A stretch of DNA of 64,000 bases, from positions 1 through 64,000 of the forward strand of contig JAJPHT010000016.1 in NCBI GenBank assembly GCA_021325135.1, written 5' to 3'. Numbering within the stretch: position 1 is the first letter of the stretch; the number at the start of each line of letters is the position of its first letter. Shown piece by piece: positions 9,140 through 17,649 of the stretch. Source of the stretch: Pseudomonadota bacterium (GTDB lineage: Archaea > Thermoplasmatota > SW-10-69-26 > JACQPN01 > JAJPHT01). The position numbers and the translations under genes were made by a program. Under the pieces are notes generated by a model. It was not told the DNA's origin and did not search any database. It saw only the letters and a program-made list of their open reading frames with translations.

Positions 9140-10242
9140 GGCCGGCGCGCATCTTCGCCGACGTGAAGATGAACATCATCCTCCAATCGCGCTTCCGCGG
9201 GCGGCTCGTGTTCAGCCTGGTCCTCCCCGTGGCCCTCATGCTCCTGCTGGGGACGCTTGCGAGCCCCCCGCCCGCGCCGACCATCAAGATCGTCGACGAG
9301 GACCACTCCACGTTCGCCGCAAACCTCACGAGCAGCATCCGGAGCAAGCTTGAGGCCCCCTCGGCCGAGAACCTCACGGTGGCGATGGAAGGGGGCTACG
9401 CCGGCGCGATCCTCCTCATACCGAACGGCACGGAGGCGAACGTCACCGCCGGCCAGCCCACCAACGTGACGCTGATCCACGTCAAGGAGAATGCGATCGC
9501 GATCGTCCTCGCGGAGAACTTCTTCGTGCAGGTCGTCGCCGACGAGGAGGCCGCCAACTCTCTCCACCAGCAGATCCCCGTGCGCGTGGACGCCATTCGC
9601 CTTGGGGCTGAAGATCAGACCATCGAGAGCTACCGCGCCTTCGTCTTCGCGGGGATGCTGGGGCTGAACGTGCTCGGCCTTTCGTTCATGGGAACCGTGA
9701 ACTCGATCGGCGCGGCCCGCCGCGCAGGCGTGCTGAAGAAGCTTGCGACGACGCCCATGTCCAAGGCCGAGTGGCTCGTCGCGAAGCTCATCGTGCAATT
9801 CCTCCTCGTCGCCGCGGGGACCGTCGCCCTCCTGGTGACCGCCTACTTCGCCTTCCCCGAACTCTTCCCATCGGGGCTCGAACCCCTGAGCATGCTCGAC
9901 CTCGGCATCGTGCTCACCCTGGGGACCCTGGCCTTCTCCGCCCTTGGGCTTCTCGTGGCGAGTCTCGTCCGCGACCCGGACACGATGAACCTCGTCGCGG
10001 GATCGGTATATGCTCCGATGATGCTCCTCAGCGGGACCTTCGTTCCGACGACGTCGCTTCCTGTGTGGCTCCGGACCATCGCCCGGGGGCTTCCGCTGAC
10101 GTATTTCACGGACGCTTCTCGCATCGCCCTCTCCGCCGCCAACCCAGCGTCGATCCCGTTGGATCTGGGGGTGCTCGCTGCCACGGTCGCCGTCGGCGTC
10201 GCCGTCGGCTCGAAGTTCTTCCAATGGACCCAGGAAGCCTGA
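9136..10242 (+). CDS. ABC-2 exporter permease with large extracytoplasmic loop
   Basis: GTG start overlaps the ATPase stop; one TM, loop, then several TMs; GVLKKLATTP, LLSGTFVP, LPLTYF motifs. Confidence 0.9.
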   Translation: MRPARIFADVKMNIILQSRFRGRLVFSLVLPVALMLLLGTLASPPPAPTIKIVDEDHSTFAANLTSSIRSKLEAPSAENLTVAMEGGYAGAILLIPNGTEANVTAGQPTNVTLIHVKENAIAIVLAENFFVQVVADEEAANSLHQQIPVRVDAIRLGAEDQTIESYRAFVFAGMLGLNVLGLSFMGTVNSIGAARRAGVLKKLATTPMSKAEWLVAKLIVQFLLVAAGTVALLVTAYFAFPELFPSGLEPLSMLDLGIVLTLGTLAFSALGLLVASLVRDPDTMNLVAGSVYAPMMLLSGTFVPTTSLPVWLRTIARGLPLTYFTDASRIALSAANPASIPLDLGVLAATVAVGVAVGSKFFQWTQEA

Positions 10243-10379
10243 GGGCCCACCCGAGGCGATCTCTCTCCCTTGCGCAGGAACGCGACCGATAGCGGCGGGG
10301 AAAACGCGATTCAGACAACACACATACCCTACCCAGGATGGTTTGAGACTGCGGCAAGCGCCGCAATGGTGATTCAAAG

Positions 10380-10484
10380 ATGCAGATCGAAGACCTGACG
10401 ACGACGAGCGAGGCCGGAGCCCTTGATGGCGAGAAGAGCTGCTGCCACGGCTGGTGCTGGGGCTGGTGCCACAACGCGGTGTAA
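10380..10484 (+). CDS. Putative RiPP precursor peptide, 34 aa (MQIEDLTTTSEAGALDGEKSCCHGWCWGWCHNAV)
   Basis: Not in the ORF track. GGTGA RBS 7 nt upstream of ATG; acidic leader plus Cys/Trp/His-rich C-terminal core; followed by a strong terminator; inside the YcaO/SagB cluster. Confidence 0.88.
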   Translation: MQIEDLTTTSEAGALDGEKSCCHGWCWGWCHNAV

Positions 10485-10513
10485 GGGCTGCTGCTTAACC
10501 ACCCGCCGCGTAA

Positions 10514-10560
10514 GCCGCGGCCTCCACGCTAGCTTGAGTGGAGGCTGCGGCATTTTTTTT
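10514..10560 (+). terminator. Hairpin plus T8 terminator after the precursor gene
   Basis: GCCGCGGCCTCCAC / GTGGAGGCTGCGGC 14-bp stem (one G-U pair) then ATTTTTTTT. Confidence 0.85.
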
Positions 10561-10722
10561 CGGCTAGCCTCGGTCAGCGGTGCTGCGCGCTGCGGCGCCA
10601 TCATCGCAGGTTTCGGGGTTCCTCGACGAGGTGTTTGTTCTCCTCCCGGGCAGCCGCGCGTCGGGCGATGTCCCGGTGCCCAAACTTTGATTCCTCACGT
10701 TGGGCATGTCGGGGAGAGACCT

Positions 10723-11634
10723 TTGACTGCGGTCATCGAAGTCGACCACCTGCGCAAGTCGTACGGTGAAAGGGTCGCGGTGCGGGACGTGAGCTTCGCC
10801 GTCGACCGCGGCGAAATTTTCGGGATCCTTGGACCGAACGGCGCGGGGAAGACCTCCACCGTCGAATGCTTGCAGGGTCTCCGCCGCCGCACGGGCGGCA
10901 ACGTCCGGGTTCTTGGGCTCGATCCCGACACGCATGGGAGCCAGCTGCGCGCGCGGATCGGCTCCCAGCTGCAGTCCAGCGCGCTTCCGGCGCGCATCCG
11001 TGTCGAGGAGGCCATGCGGCTCTTCGCCGACCTCGCGCCCTCCGCGGAATCTCCCGACGTCCTTCTCCAGGAGTGGGACCTCAACGGAGTCCGAAGGCAA
11101 GCCTACCACTCGCTTTCCGGGGGAGAGCGTCAGCGGCTCCTCATCGCGCTCGCCCTTGTCAACAGGCCGGAAATCGTGTTCCTCGACGAGGTCACGACGG
11201 GACTGGATCCCGCCGCGCGGCGAAGCGCGTGGAGCATCATCGAGCGCGTGCGGGACCGTGGCACGACCGTCGTGCTCGTCACGCATTACATGGAGGAGGC
11301 GAGGCGGCTCTGCGACCGGGTCGCCATCGTCAACGACGGGCAGGTGGTGGCGATCGATACGCCCAGTGGGATCATCGCGGGATCTCGGCGTCGGGCCGTC
11401 GTTTCCTTCACCTGCCCGTATTCGACGGACCTTTCGTGGCTCACGCAAGTCCCCCATGTCGCCGGGATCGTCCGCGACGGCGACTCGGTCCGCGTCGAAG
11501 GGACGGGCCCGGTCGCCCAGCACGTCGCCAGCGCTCTTCTCTCCCGCGGCATCGAAGTCCCCGACTTCAGCAGCGAGAAGGGCGAACTCGAAGACGCGTA
11601 CCTGTCCATCGTCAAGCAAGGTGCGATCCCATGA
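10723..11634 (+). CDS. ABC-2 exporter ATP-binding protein (second system)
   Basis: TTG start after GGGGAG; GPNGAGKT, LSGGE, FLDEVT, VTHYM. Confidence 0.93.
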   Translation: MTAVIEVDHLRKSYGERVAVRDVSFAVDRGEIFGILGPNGAGKTSTVECLQGLRRRTGGNVRVLGLDPDTHGSQLRARIGSQLQSSALPARIRVEEAMRLFADLAPSAESPDVLLQEWDLNGVRRQAYHSLSGGERQRLLIALALVNRPEIVFLDEVTTGLDPAARRSAWSIIERVRDRGTTVVLVTHYMEEARRLCDRVAIVNDGQVVAIDTPSGIIAGSRRRAVVSFTCPYSTDLSWLTQVPHVAGIVRDGDSVRVEGTGPVAQHVASALLSRGIEVPDFSSEKGELEDAYLSIVKQGAIP

Positions 11635-12374
11635 GCGCGCGCGGATTCGGGACCTTCTCCCTCATTGAATTCAGGCTGCTCCTCCGCGAGCCCACCGTGG
11701 CCTTCTTCACGGTCGCGCTCCCCATCCTGCTTTTCGTCGTCTTCAGCGAAATCTTTGGCAACGCTCCCAATGCGGACACGCCCGGCGCCGGCCAGATCGA
11801 CGCGCACATGGGCGCCTACCTCGCGCTCATGGTCACGAGCATCGGGCTCGTCGCCGTTCCTGCCCGCCTCGCGGGCTACCGGGAAGCGGGCGTCCTCCGA
11901 CGCTTCCGCGCCGCCAACGTCTCTCGCGGCGCGATCCTGGCGTCCCAGCTCCTCTCGACGGCCGTCCTCGCGACGCTCTCCGCCGTGCTCATGGTCGCGA
12001 TTGCATGGATCCTGTTCCGTCCCGCGGCACCCGACAGCCCCCTCCTCGTCGCGGCGGGTCTCGTCTTCGGCACGCTTGTCGCCTGGGCCTTCGGCTGCCT
12101 GCTCGGGGCGATCATGCCGGGCGCGAGAAGCGCGCAGACGCTTGGGCTGGGCATCTACTTCGTGACGCTGCTCCTCGGGGGAGCCGGCCCGCCACGATCC
12201 ATCCTGCCCGCCTTCCTGCGCAGCGCCAGCGACGTCCTTCCCACGACGCACGTCGTGCCCATCATCCAAAGCGCATGGCTGGGCCTGGCCGGGCAGCCCA
12301 TCGAGTGGCTCATCCTTGCCGCGTTCTTGGCGGGCTCCGCAGCGCTTGCATTCGTCTTCTTCCGATGGGAATGA
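11631..12374 (+). CDS. ABC-2 exporter permease (second system, DrrB-like)
   Basis: ATGA overlap; about 6 TM; YREAGVLRRF, LPTTH, C-terminal FFRWE. Confidence 0.92.
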   Translation: MSARGFGTFSLIEFRLLLREPTVAFFTVALPILLFVVFSEIFGNAPNADTPGAGQIDAHMGAYLALMVTSIGLVAVPARLAGYREAGVLRRFRAANVSRGAILASQLLSTAVLATLSAVLMVAIAWILFRPAAPDSPLLVAAGLVFGTLVAWAFGCLLGAIMPGARSAQTLGLGIYFVTLLLGGAGPPRSILPAFLRSASDVLPTTHVVPIIQSAWLGLAGQPIEWLILAAFLAGSAALAFVFFRWE

Positions 12375-12650
12375 TCGACGCTGCCGGGCCCTCGACGCGC
12401 CGCGACGGCCCGCCTCGCGGGCCTCGTCCTCGCCGTTGCCGTGGAGGGGCCAGCGGCATCGTACGGGTTCAACAAACGCTGCCTGAGGTCTTCGAGGCGG
12501 ATTCCCGCTGATCCACCGGACACTTGGAGCTTTTTCGAGGTGGACCATGGGAATCCCAACGACGCTAACCATCTACGTCCCCGACGAGGCCACGCCGAGC
12601 GCCAACGGGCTTCGGAAGGAACTGCGCGAAGCGTTGCTTGCCGCCTACGT

Positions 12651-12731
12651 GGGGGTGCTGTCCCGTTTGGGGTATTGCGCGAAATTCTCGCCGGGCGAAA
12701 ATGTCTGATACCCCCTATCCGGGACAGCACC
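12651..12731. repeat. ~81-bp MITE-like element, copy 2
   Basis: Inverted copy of 675-756; terminal inverted repeats GGTGCTGTCCCG / CGGGACAGCACC. Confidence 0.9.
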
Positions 12732-12895
12732 CAAACGCGCATCTCCGCGTCCCTAATCGGGGACCCGGAACGCCACCCCGACAGTAGCTCTCACTGTCCC
12801 GAGCAGCCCCGGGACCATCCCGGGGTCGACGGGTCGTTCTGAAGCTTTCCCGGCTTTGGGGAACAACTCCAAGTACGCAGGCGTTCCCCAAGGAC

Positions 12896-12989
12896 GGCGG
12901 ATTCATTGCCCGAGAAAATCATCCAGCCATGGTGCGTGGAATGCCCCCCGACGCGGAACGGCCGACGAGCGGGATTCATAAGCAGAATC
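12896..12989 (+). repeat. Degenerate ~94-bp direct repeat, copy 1
   Basis: GGCGGATTCATTG...GTGGAATGCCC...ATTCAT.AGCAG.ATC; hand alignment with 17251-17343 gives about 18 differences in 94 nt. Confidence 0.85.
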
Positions 12990-13433
12990 CCGGGACCATC
13001 CCGGTAGTTGTTCCCTGCTCTACGAAACCCTTCAAAAGGAAACGCAAGCGTCGCGGTGACGCTGTGAGTTGTCATTGGCCGGCCTGAGATTGCACGGCGC
13101 CACTGACCAACCGCCGCAGGGTGTGGACTTCTTGACGCATTGCGTTTGCAAGACCTCGGCTGCGCGCGCTCTTAAGCGTGTCTGTCAAGCTTGGCACTGA
13201 TGCATCCGCCGGCGGGACGGTCCAATTTTCTCCGCGAGAAAGTGGGTCATCCTCCCTGGATGCAACAGCGTCCCAGGCCTCACTCACCTACGCCCATTAG
13301 ATGGGTGCGCATCAACGTGCGGAGCCAAACAATCTAGTCACAACAACGGAGTTTACGCCGACGCCCACATGAATCAGAGTCGTCTTGTCGAGCAGACAAG
13401 ATGCATGCGGCGCTGCGGGAGGGCCTCTCGTGA

Positions 13434-13661
13434 CTAGCATTCCACAATGGCGACTGATGGTGTGTAGGGATCGATGACAGGACAGGCGTGCTGAGCTTCG
13501 TCAACCACGCCGATGACGAGCGCAACGATGCCCGAGACTGAGACGCAGACGGTGGTCGCCTCCCGCACCGTGACACAAGCACGAGTGCCGGACTCGGTCT
13601 CGCTTCTCGCGGGGCTTGCTGCCCAGGACGTGGGCAGCGAAAGAAGCGCAACCAAGACCAT
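13434..13661 (-). CDS. Possible small secreted Cys-containing protein
   Basis: MVLVALLSLPTSWAA signal-like start; 4 Cys in the mature part; divergent from 13788. Confidence 0.3.
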   Translation of the reverse strand: MVLVALLSLPTSWAASPARSETESGTRACVTVREATTVCVSVSGIVALVIGVVDEAQHACPVIDPYTPSVAIVEC

Positions 13662-13787
13662 GCAGCCAATGCCAAGCCTCAGCCTACCACCAAGAAACGG
13701 CAGGGGCGTAAGAGTGCATAACCTGATGGGTGACGTTTCACAATCTTCCACCGAAACGACCATGTCGCTAGGATTCGTTGGTAACAC

Positions 13788-15296
13788 GTGGGCTGGCGTC
13801 GGTGGCTGGTGGTTTTCGTAGCACCCGTCATCCTGCCCACGACGGTCGCTGAAGCCCCTGTCCATCACGAGTGGGCATTCTCGGCTGGGATCACGCTGGG
13901 GGGAAATGTCACCCTCCAAGGAGAAGGGCTCGGACCCGCGCTCCTCCAGTCCCGCGACGATCTTCAAGACATTCGCATCGAATTCTCGGCTGCCGATGCC
14001 GAAATCGCGGAGCGGATCTACTTCCATGCGGAGAGTCCGATCATCCAGACCGGATGGATTGCCCAGGGGCGCCCGAACGTCACCCAGGAATCCTGGTCCC
14101 GCGGGGAACTCGCCGCACAAACGATGGTGGACGCGCATGGGTTTGTTGCCATCTATCCTGCTTCTGGCGCTTCCTTTGCGATGCTCTCAGACTCGGCCCG
14201 CGTAGCCCGCGGCGACGGCTCCTGCTTCCAAACCACTCTCGACGGTTGCGCCCAGCCCGAGGACCCTACCCTCTATTATTACCGGCAGCAAGTCCCTCCG
14301 AATTCCCTTGTCGTCCTTGCCAGCGGAACGGTGAGCCTTTCAGGGAACTTCTCCCTCAAGATCTTCGGGGCCAGCGTGCACGTCCAATCCGGAAGTGGCC
14401 CTGAAGACATCCGCACCGGCGAAGAGCGTCACCCTGGATACGTGGTCGAGCGAGTCCTTCATCTCACAGTGCGGGCTGGGACCCTCGAGATCCACACTGG
14501 GATCGACAAGATGGAGCTCGCGACACCGCGTGCCCATGGCACATTCACGAGCCTCAACTGGACCCTGGGTGACAGAAACGTCTCAAGTGTGGACTCGGCG
14601 AGGGCCTCAAATGATTCGGAGGGTACGTCCCCCCAGATTTTAGGCCTCTTTGCAGGGGATATGCAGCCCTCCATGCGTGCCGGGGAGATTCAGCTGGCGC
14701 TTGATGACTCCAGCATCAAGGAGAATCCCACCATCCAAGGACGTCTTCTCTCGGCATTGCCTGTGGGAATTACCTGGATGCCCATTGCCATCTTTGGCGT
14801 GGCCCTCTTGGCTGCATTGTGGATCGTCCGTTTGATGATTCAAGCGAGAAGACTTACCCGGCCCCAGCAAAGCGCTGAGGCCTGGATGGAGGCGTCAGTT
14901 CGAGCGGATTTGGATGGCGATGCCTCCGAGACCATCCGCTGCTTGCGACAAGCCACTTACCTTTGCCCCGAGGACGTGCAGCTCCGCTTGGATTTGGCCG
15001 CTTGTCTTGCCCGTTCGGGTCGGTACGAGGAAGCGCTCAAAGAATTGGCGCAAGCCCGAGCCCGGAGCGGGCAGGGGGACGGCCGGGCGGACTTCGAACT
15101 CGGCGTGCTGTACCTTCGTCTGCAGCAGGGAATTGCGGAGGCCGAGGCCCGAATCGTCGACGCTCTGGAGGCCTCCCCCGCCTTGGTGTGGGAGATCCAC
15201 ATGGACGAGTCCCGCTTCGCGGACCTCTACGGTCGTCCCCTCTTCGAGTCCGCGGTGGCTCGGGCCATGCGGCGCAGCGGCAATGCGCGTGCCTAG
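13788..15296 (+). CDS. Single-pass membrane protein: extracellular beta-rich domain plus cytoplasmic TPR repeats
   Basis: Signal-like N-terminus; TM WMPIAIFGVALLAALWIV; TPR-like LRLDLAACLARSGRYEEALKEL and ADFELGVLYL. Confidence 0.75.
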   Translation: MGWRRWLVVFVAPVILPTTVAEAPVHHEWAFSAGITLGGNVTLQGEGLGPALLQSRDDLQDIRIEFSAADAEIAERIYFHAESPIIQTGWIAQGRPNVTQESWSRGELAAQTMVDAHGFVAIYPASGASFAMLSDSARVARGDGSCFQTTLDGCAQPEDPTLYYYRQQVPPNSLVVLASGTVSLSGNFSLKIFGASVHVQSGSGPEDIRTGEERHPGYVVERVLHLTVRAGTLEIHTGIDKMELATPRAHGTFTSLNWTLGDRNVSSVDSARASNDSEGTSPQILGLFAGDMQPSMRAGEIQLALDDSSIKENPTIQGRLLSALPVGITWMPIAIFGVALLAALWIVRLMIQARRLTRPQQSAEAWMEASVRADLDGDASETIRCLRQATYLCPEDVQLRLDLAACLARSGRYEEALKELAQARARSGQGDGRADFELGVLYLRLQQGIAEAEARIVDALEASPALVWEIHMDESRFADLYGRPLFESAVARAMRRSGNARA

Positions 15297-15688
15297 TCCG
15301 TCTGGACGGGCAAAGGGTGCTTGTCCAGATAGCGGTCGAGCGGGAGCAGCAGCTTGGCGACCTCGAAACCTTGGTTGGTGAGGCGAATCTCGGTGATCTC
15401 GATGGCGCCCTGCTTGACGTAGTCCGTTTGGAGCAGGCCCAGGCGTGTGAGCTTCTGGTGGAGCTTGCGGGCGGCGGGTGGGCCGAGGTTGGCGGCGGTG
15501 GCGAAACGTCGCATGTTCATCGACCCTTCGACTCCCAAGCGCGCTAGGACGCCAAGCTCGGGTATCTCGAGCCGGTCGATGGCGGCAATCGGTCGCCACG
15601 CGGGATCCTCTTCAGTTTGACCGTTCACATTCTCAAGAGCATGCAACGCGTACTTGCTGGTTGTGGTTACGAGGTGCATGTGCTGCAC
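15293..15688 (-). CDS. Winged-helix DNA-binding protein (MarR-like)
   Basis: AARKLHQKLTRLGLL...IRLTNQGFEVAKLL wing motif; start uncertain. Confidence 0.65.
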   Translation of the reverse strand: MQHMHLVTTTSKYALHALENVNGQTEEDPAWRPIAAIDRLEIPELGVLARLGVEGSMNMRRFATAANLGPPAARKLHQKLTRLGLLQTDYVKQGAIEITEIRLTNQGFEVAKLLLPLDRYLDKHPLPVQTD

Positions 15689-16002
15689 ATCATTTGGCCA
15701 CGTAAGTTATATACATACAGAAGACACCAGGGGTCTTGCGCCTGCTTGGCACGCGCGAGTTGCGGCGAGGACGGTCTCTTCCTTGTCCCAAAAGCAGCGT
15801 GAGCCAGGCAAAGCGCCCCCCGGGAGTCCCACCTACCACGGCAGACTCCCGGGAGTGCCCTTCGAATGCGCGCAAGCGGATTCGATGAGCCCGGCGGCCC
15901 CGGACAGGGCCAACGAATGAACAACCTGGCTCAACTCAACAGGAGTTGGGGTGAGCCAAGAACGTTTCGACAAACGCGAAAACCAACACAGGAGGAATCA
16001 AG

Positions 16003-16197
16003 ATGAATGACACCCCCAAGACGAAGACGGCTCTGCTCCTTGGCCTCATGCTCCTCATGGTGCCGATCGCCCTGACCGCCCTGCCCGAAGCGAGCGCGAC
16101 CCCCCTGGTGCAGGTCTCGACCAACGGCGCCTTTTCCATGATCAAGTGCCACTGGGACATCCAGAACATCCAGAACGGAACCGTCGAGTGCAGCTAG
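16003..16197 (+). CDS. Small secreted peptide (64 aa; about 32-aa mature part with 2 Cys)
   Basis: GGAGG RBS, signal peptide ending ASA, own terminator downstream. Confidence 0.7.
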   Translation: MNDTPKTKTALLLGLMLLMVPIALTALPEASATPLVQVSTNGAFSMIKCHWDIQNIQNGTVECS

Positions 16198-16230
16198 GAA
16201 ACGGGCGATCGGATCGAAACGCCTCGCATC

Positions 16231-16284
16231 AGGCAGTGCGGCTTCAGGCGGACGCAACTTGAACGCCGCACTGTCCTTTTTTTT
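16231..16284 (+). terminator. Hairpin plus T8 terminator
   Basis: CAGTGCGGC...GCCGCACTG stem followed by a T8 tract. Confidence 0.7.
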
Positions 16285-16466
16285 GAACGAAACGACGGCT
16301 GGGTAGGCACGTCCCACGTTTTGTGGAGCAATAGGGGCCAACCCGCGATCCCGTGCTCGCCGTCGAGGAGCAGCGAACCCCGGCAGCGCATCAGGTGACG
16401 CGTCTCCGGGCAGGCACAAGGCCTATCCTCGCGTCGCGGGCTCGCCCAGGCGGACAGGCGGGACCC

Positions 16467-17135
16467 ATGAGAAGAGTCATCGTCGGCGCGCAGGTCTCCA
16501 TGGACGGCGTGATGCAGGCGCCCGGCGGGCCCGAGGAGGATCCGAGTGGCGGGTTCAGGTTCGGTGGCTGGGTCGCCCCGCTGGCGGACGAAGTCTTCGG
16601 CGAGGAGATTGGCAGGATGTTCGACGAGCCCTTCGACCTGCTGCTGGGGCGCCGCACCTACGAGATCTTCGCCGCCTACTGGCCCTACGCGAAGGGGCCG
16701 TACGACGGCATCGCCCAGGCGTTCAACCGCGTCACGAAGTACGTGGCGACGCGCAAAGGCGTGGAGCTCACCTGGGAGCGTTCGGTGGCGCTCCGCGATG
16801 CCGCGCGCGACGTCGCCAAGCTCAAGCAGCAGGATGGCCCCGCGCTCCTGACCCAAGGAAGCACCGAGCTCGTGCACGCGCTGCTCGCCGCGGGCCTCGT
16901 GGACGAGATTCGGACGTTCACGTTGCCCGTCGTGCTGGGCAAGGGCAAGCGCCTGTTCGACGCGGGCAGCGAGCCGCGCACGTTCAAGCTCACGCACAGC
17001 GCCGTGTCGCCCACGGGCTTGATCGCCGCGACGTACGTGCGCGATGGCGAGGTCAAGACAGCCACCGTCGGAGGCGAGTTCGAGCCCTCGGCCGCCGAGC
17101 TAAGGCGACGCGAGAAGCACAAGCGCGAAGGGTAG
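16467..17135 (+). CDS. Dihydrofolate reductase / RibD C-terminal family protein
   Basis: SMDGVMQAPGG, LLLGRRTYE, QGSTELV, PVVLGKGKRLF. Confidence 0.92.
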   Translation: MRRVIVGAQVSMDGVMQAPGGPEEDPSGGFRFGGWVAPLADEVFGEEIGRMFDEPFDLLLGRRTYEIFAAYWPYAKGPYDGIAQAFNRVTKYVATRKGVELTWERSVALRDAARDVAKLKQQDGPALLTQGSTELVHALLAAGLVDEIRTFTLPVVLGKGKRLFDAGSEPRTFKLTHSAVSPTGLIAATYVRDGEVKTATVGGEFEPSAAELRRREKHKREG

Positions 17136-17250
17136 GCACTCCTCGGGATTGGGATGCAGGCAGTCCCGTTAGATCCCGGGATGAGCGGGCCATCATGCGG
17201 ACAATGGACCAAGGAGGAACGCATTCGGGCGTACGAGGATCTCCAAGAGT

Positions 17251-17343
17251 GGCGGATTCATTGGCCAAAAAATCATCCAACTTTGGCGTGTGGAATGCCC
17301 ACCGACATGGAACCGTCCACGATCGGAATTCATGAGCAGCATC
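17251..17343 (+). repeat. Degenerate ~94-bp direct repeat, copy 2
   Basis: Aligns with 12896-12989. Confidence 0.85.
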
Positions 17344-17630
17344 GTGAGGTCGAACCCCTCGTCCTGCGTGTTCCCCACGGCCCAGCAGTCCGAGGGTGAG
17401 ACGCACGCGACGCTGGAGAGCTCCGTGGGCGCCACGTCCCCGTTGGGCGATGCCACCAGGGACCACGAGGGCTCCGCGCCCGCGGCGCCGCGGACCAGGC
17501 CGGTGGCGGCGGGCGTCGCGGGAAGAAGAGAGAGCGCGAGGCCGAAGGCGAGCCGCCGCAGGGTGGGGGCCGACGTCGTGTCGGGCCACCGACCCCCTGG
17601 CCCACTTGGCAGCTTGCTGGACAGGTCCAC
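17344..17630 (-). pseudogene. Truncated secreted beta-propeller-type protein (signal peptide plus one repeat)
   Basis: LRRLAFGLALSLLPA signal-like segment, then WSLVASPN...LSSVACVSPSDCWAVG; the frame then runs into the repeat at 17343. Confidence 0.55.
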
Positions 17631-17649
17631 GGTCTCGCGACTAACGCAG

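Noticed and set aside
10423-10722. Cys-rich N-terminal extension of the 403-aa ABC ATPase ORF
   Set aside because: It reads through the precursor gene and terminator in another frame; the likely start is TTG 10723.
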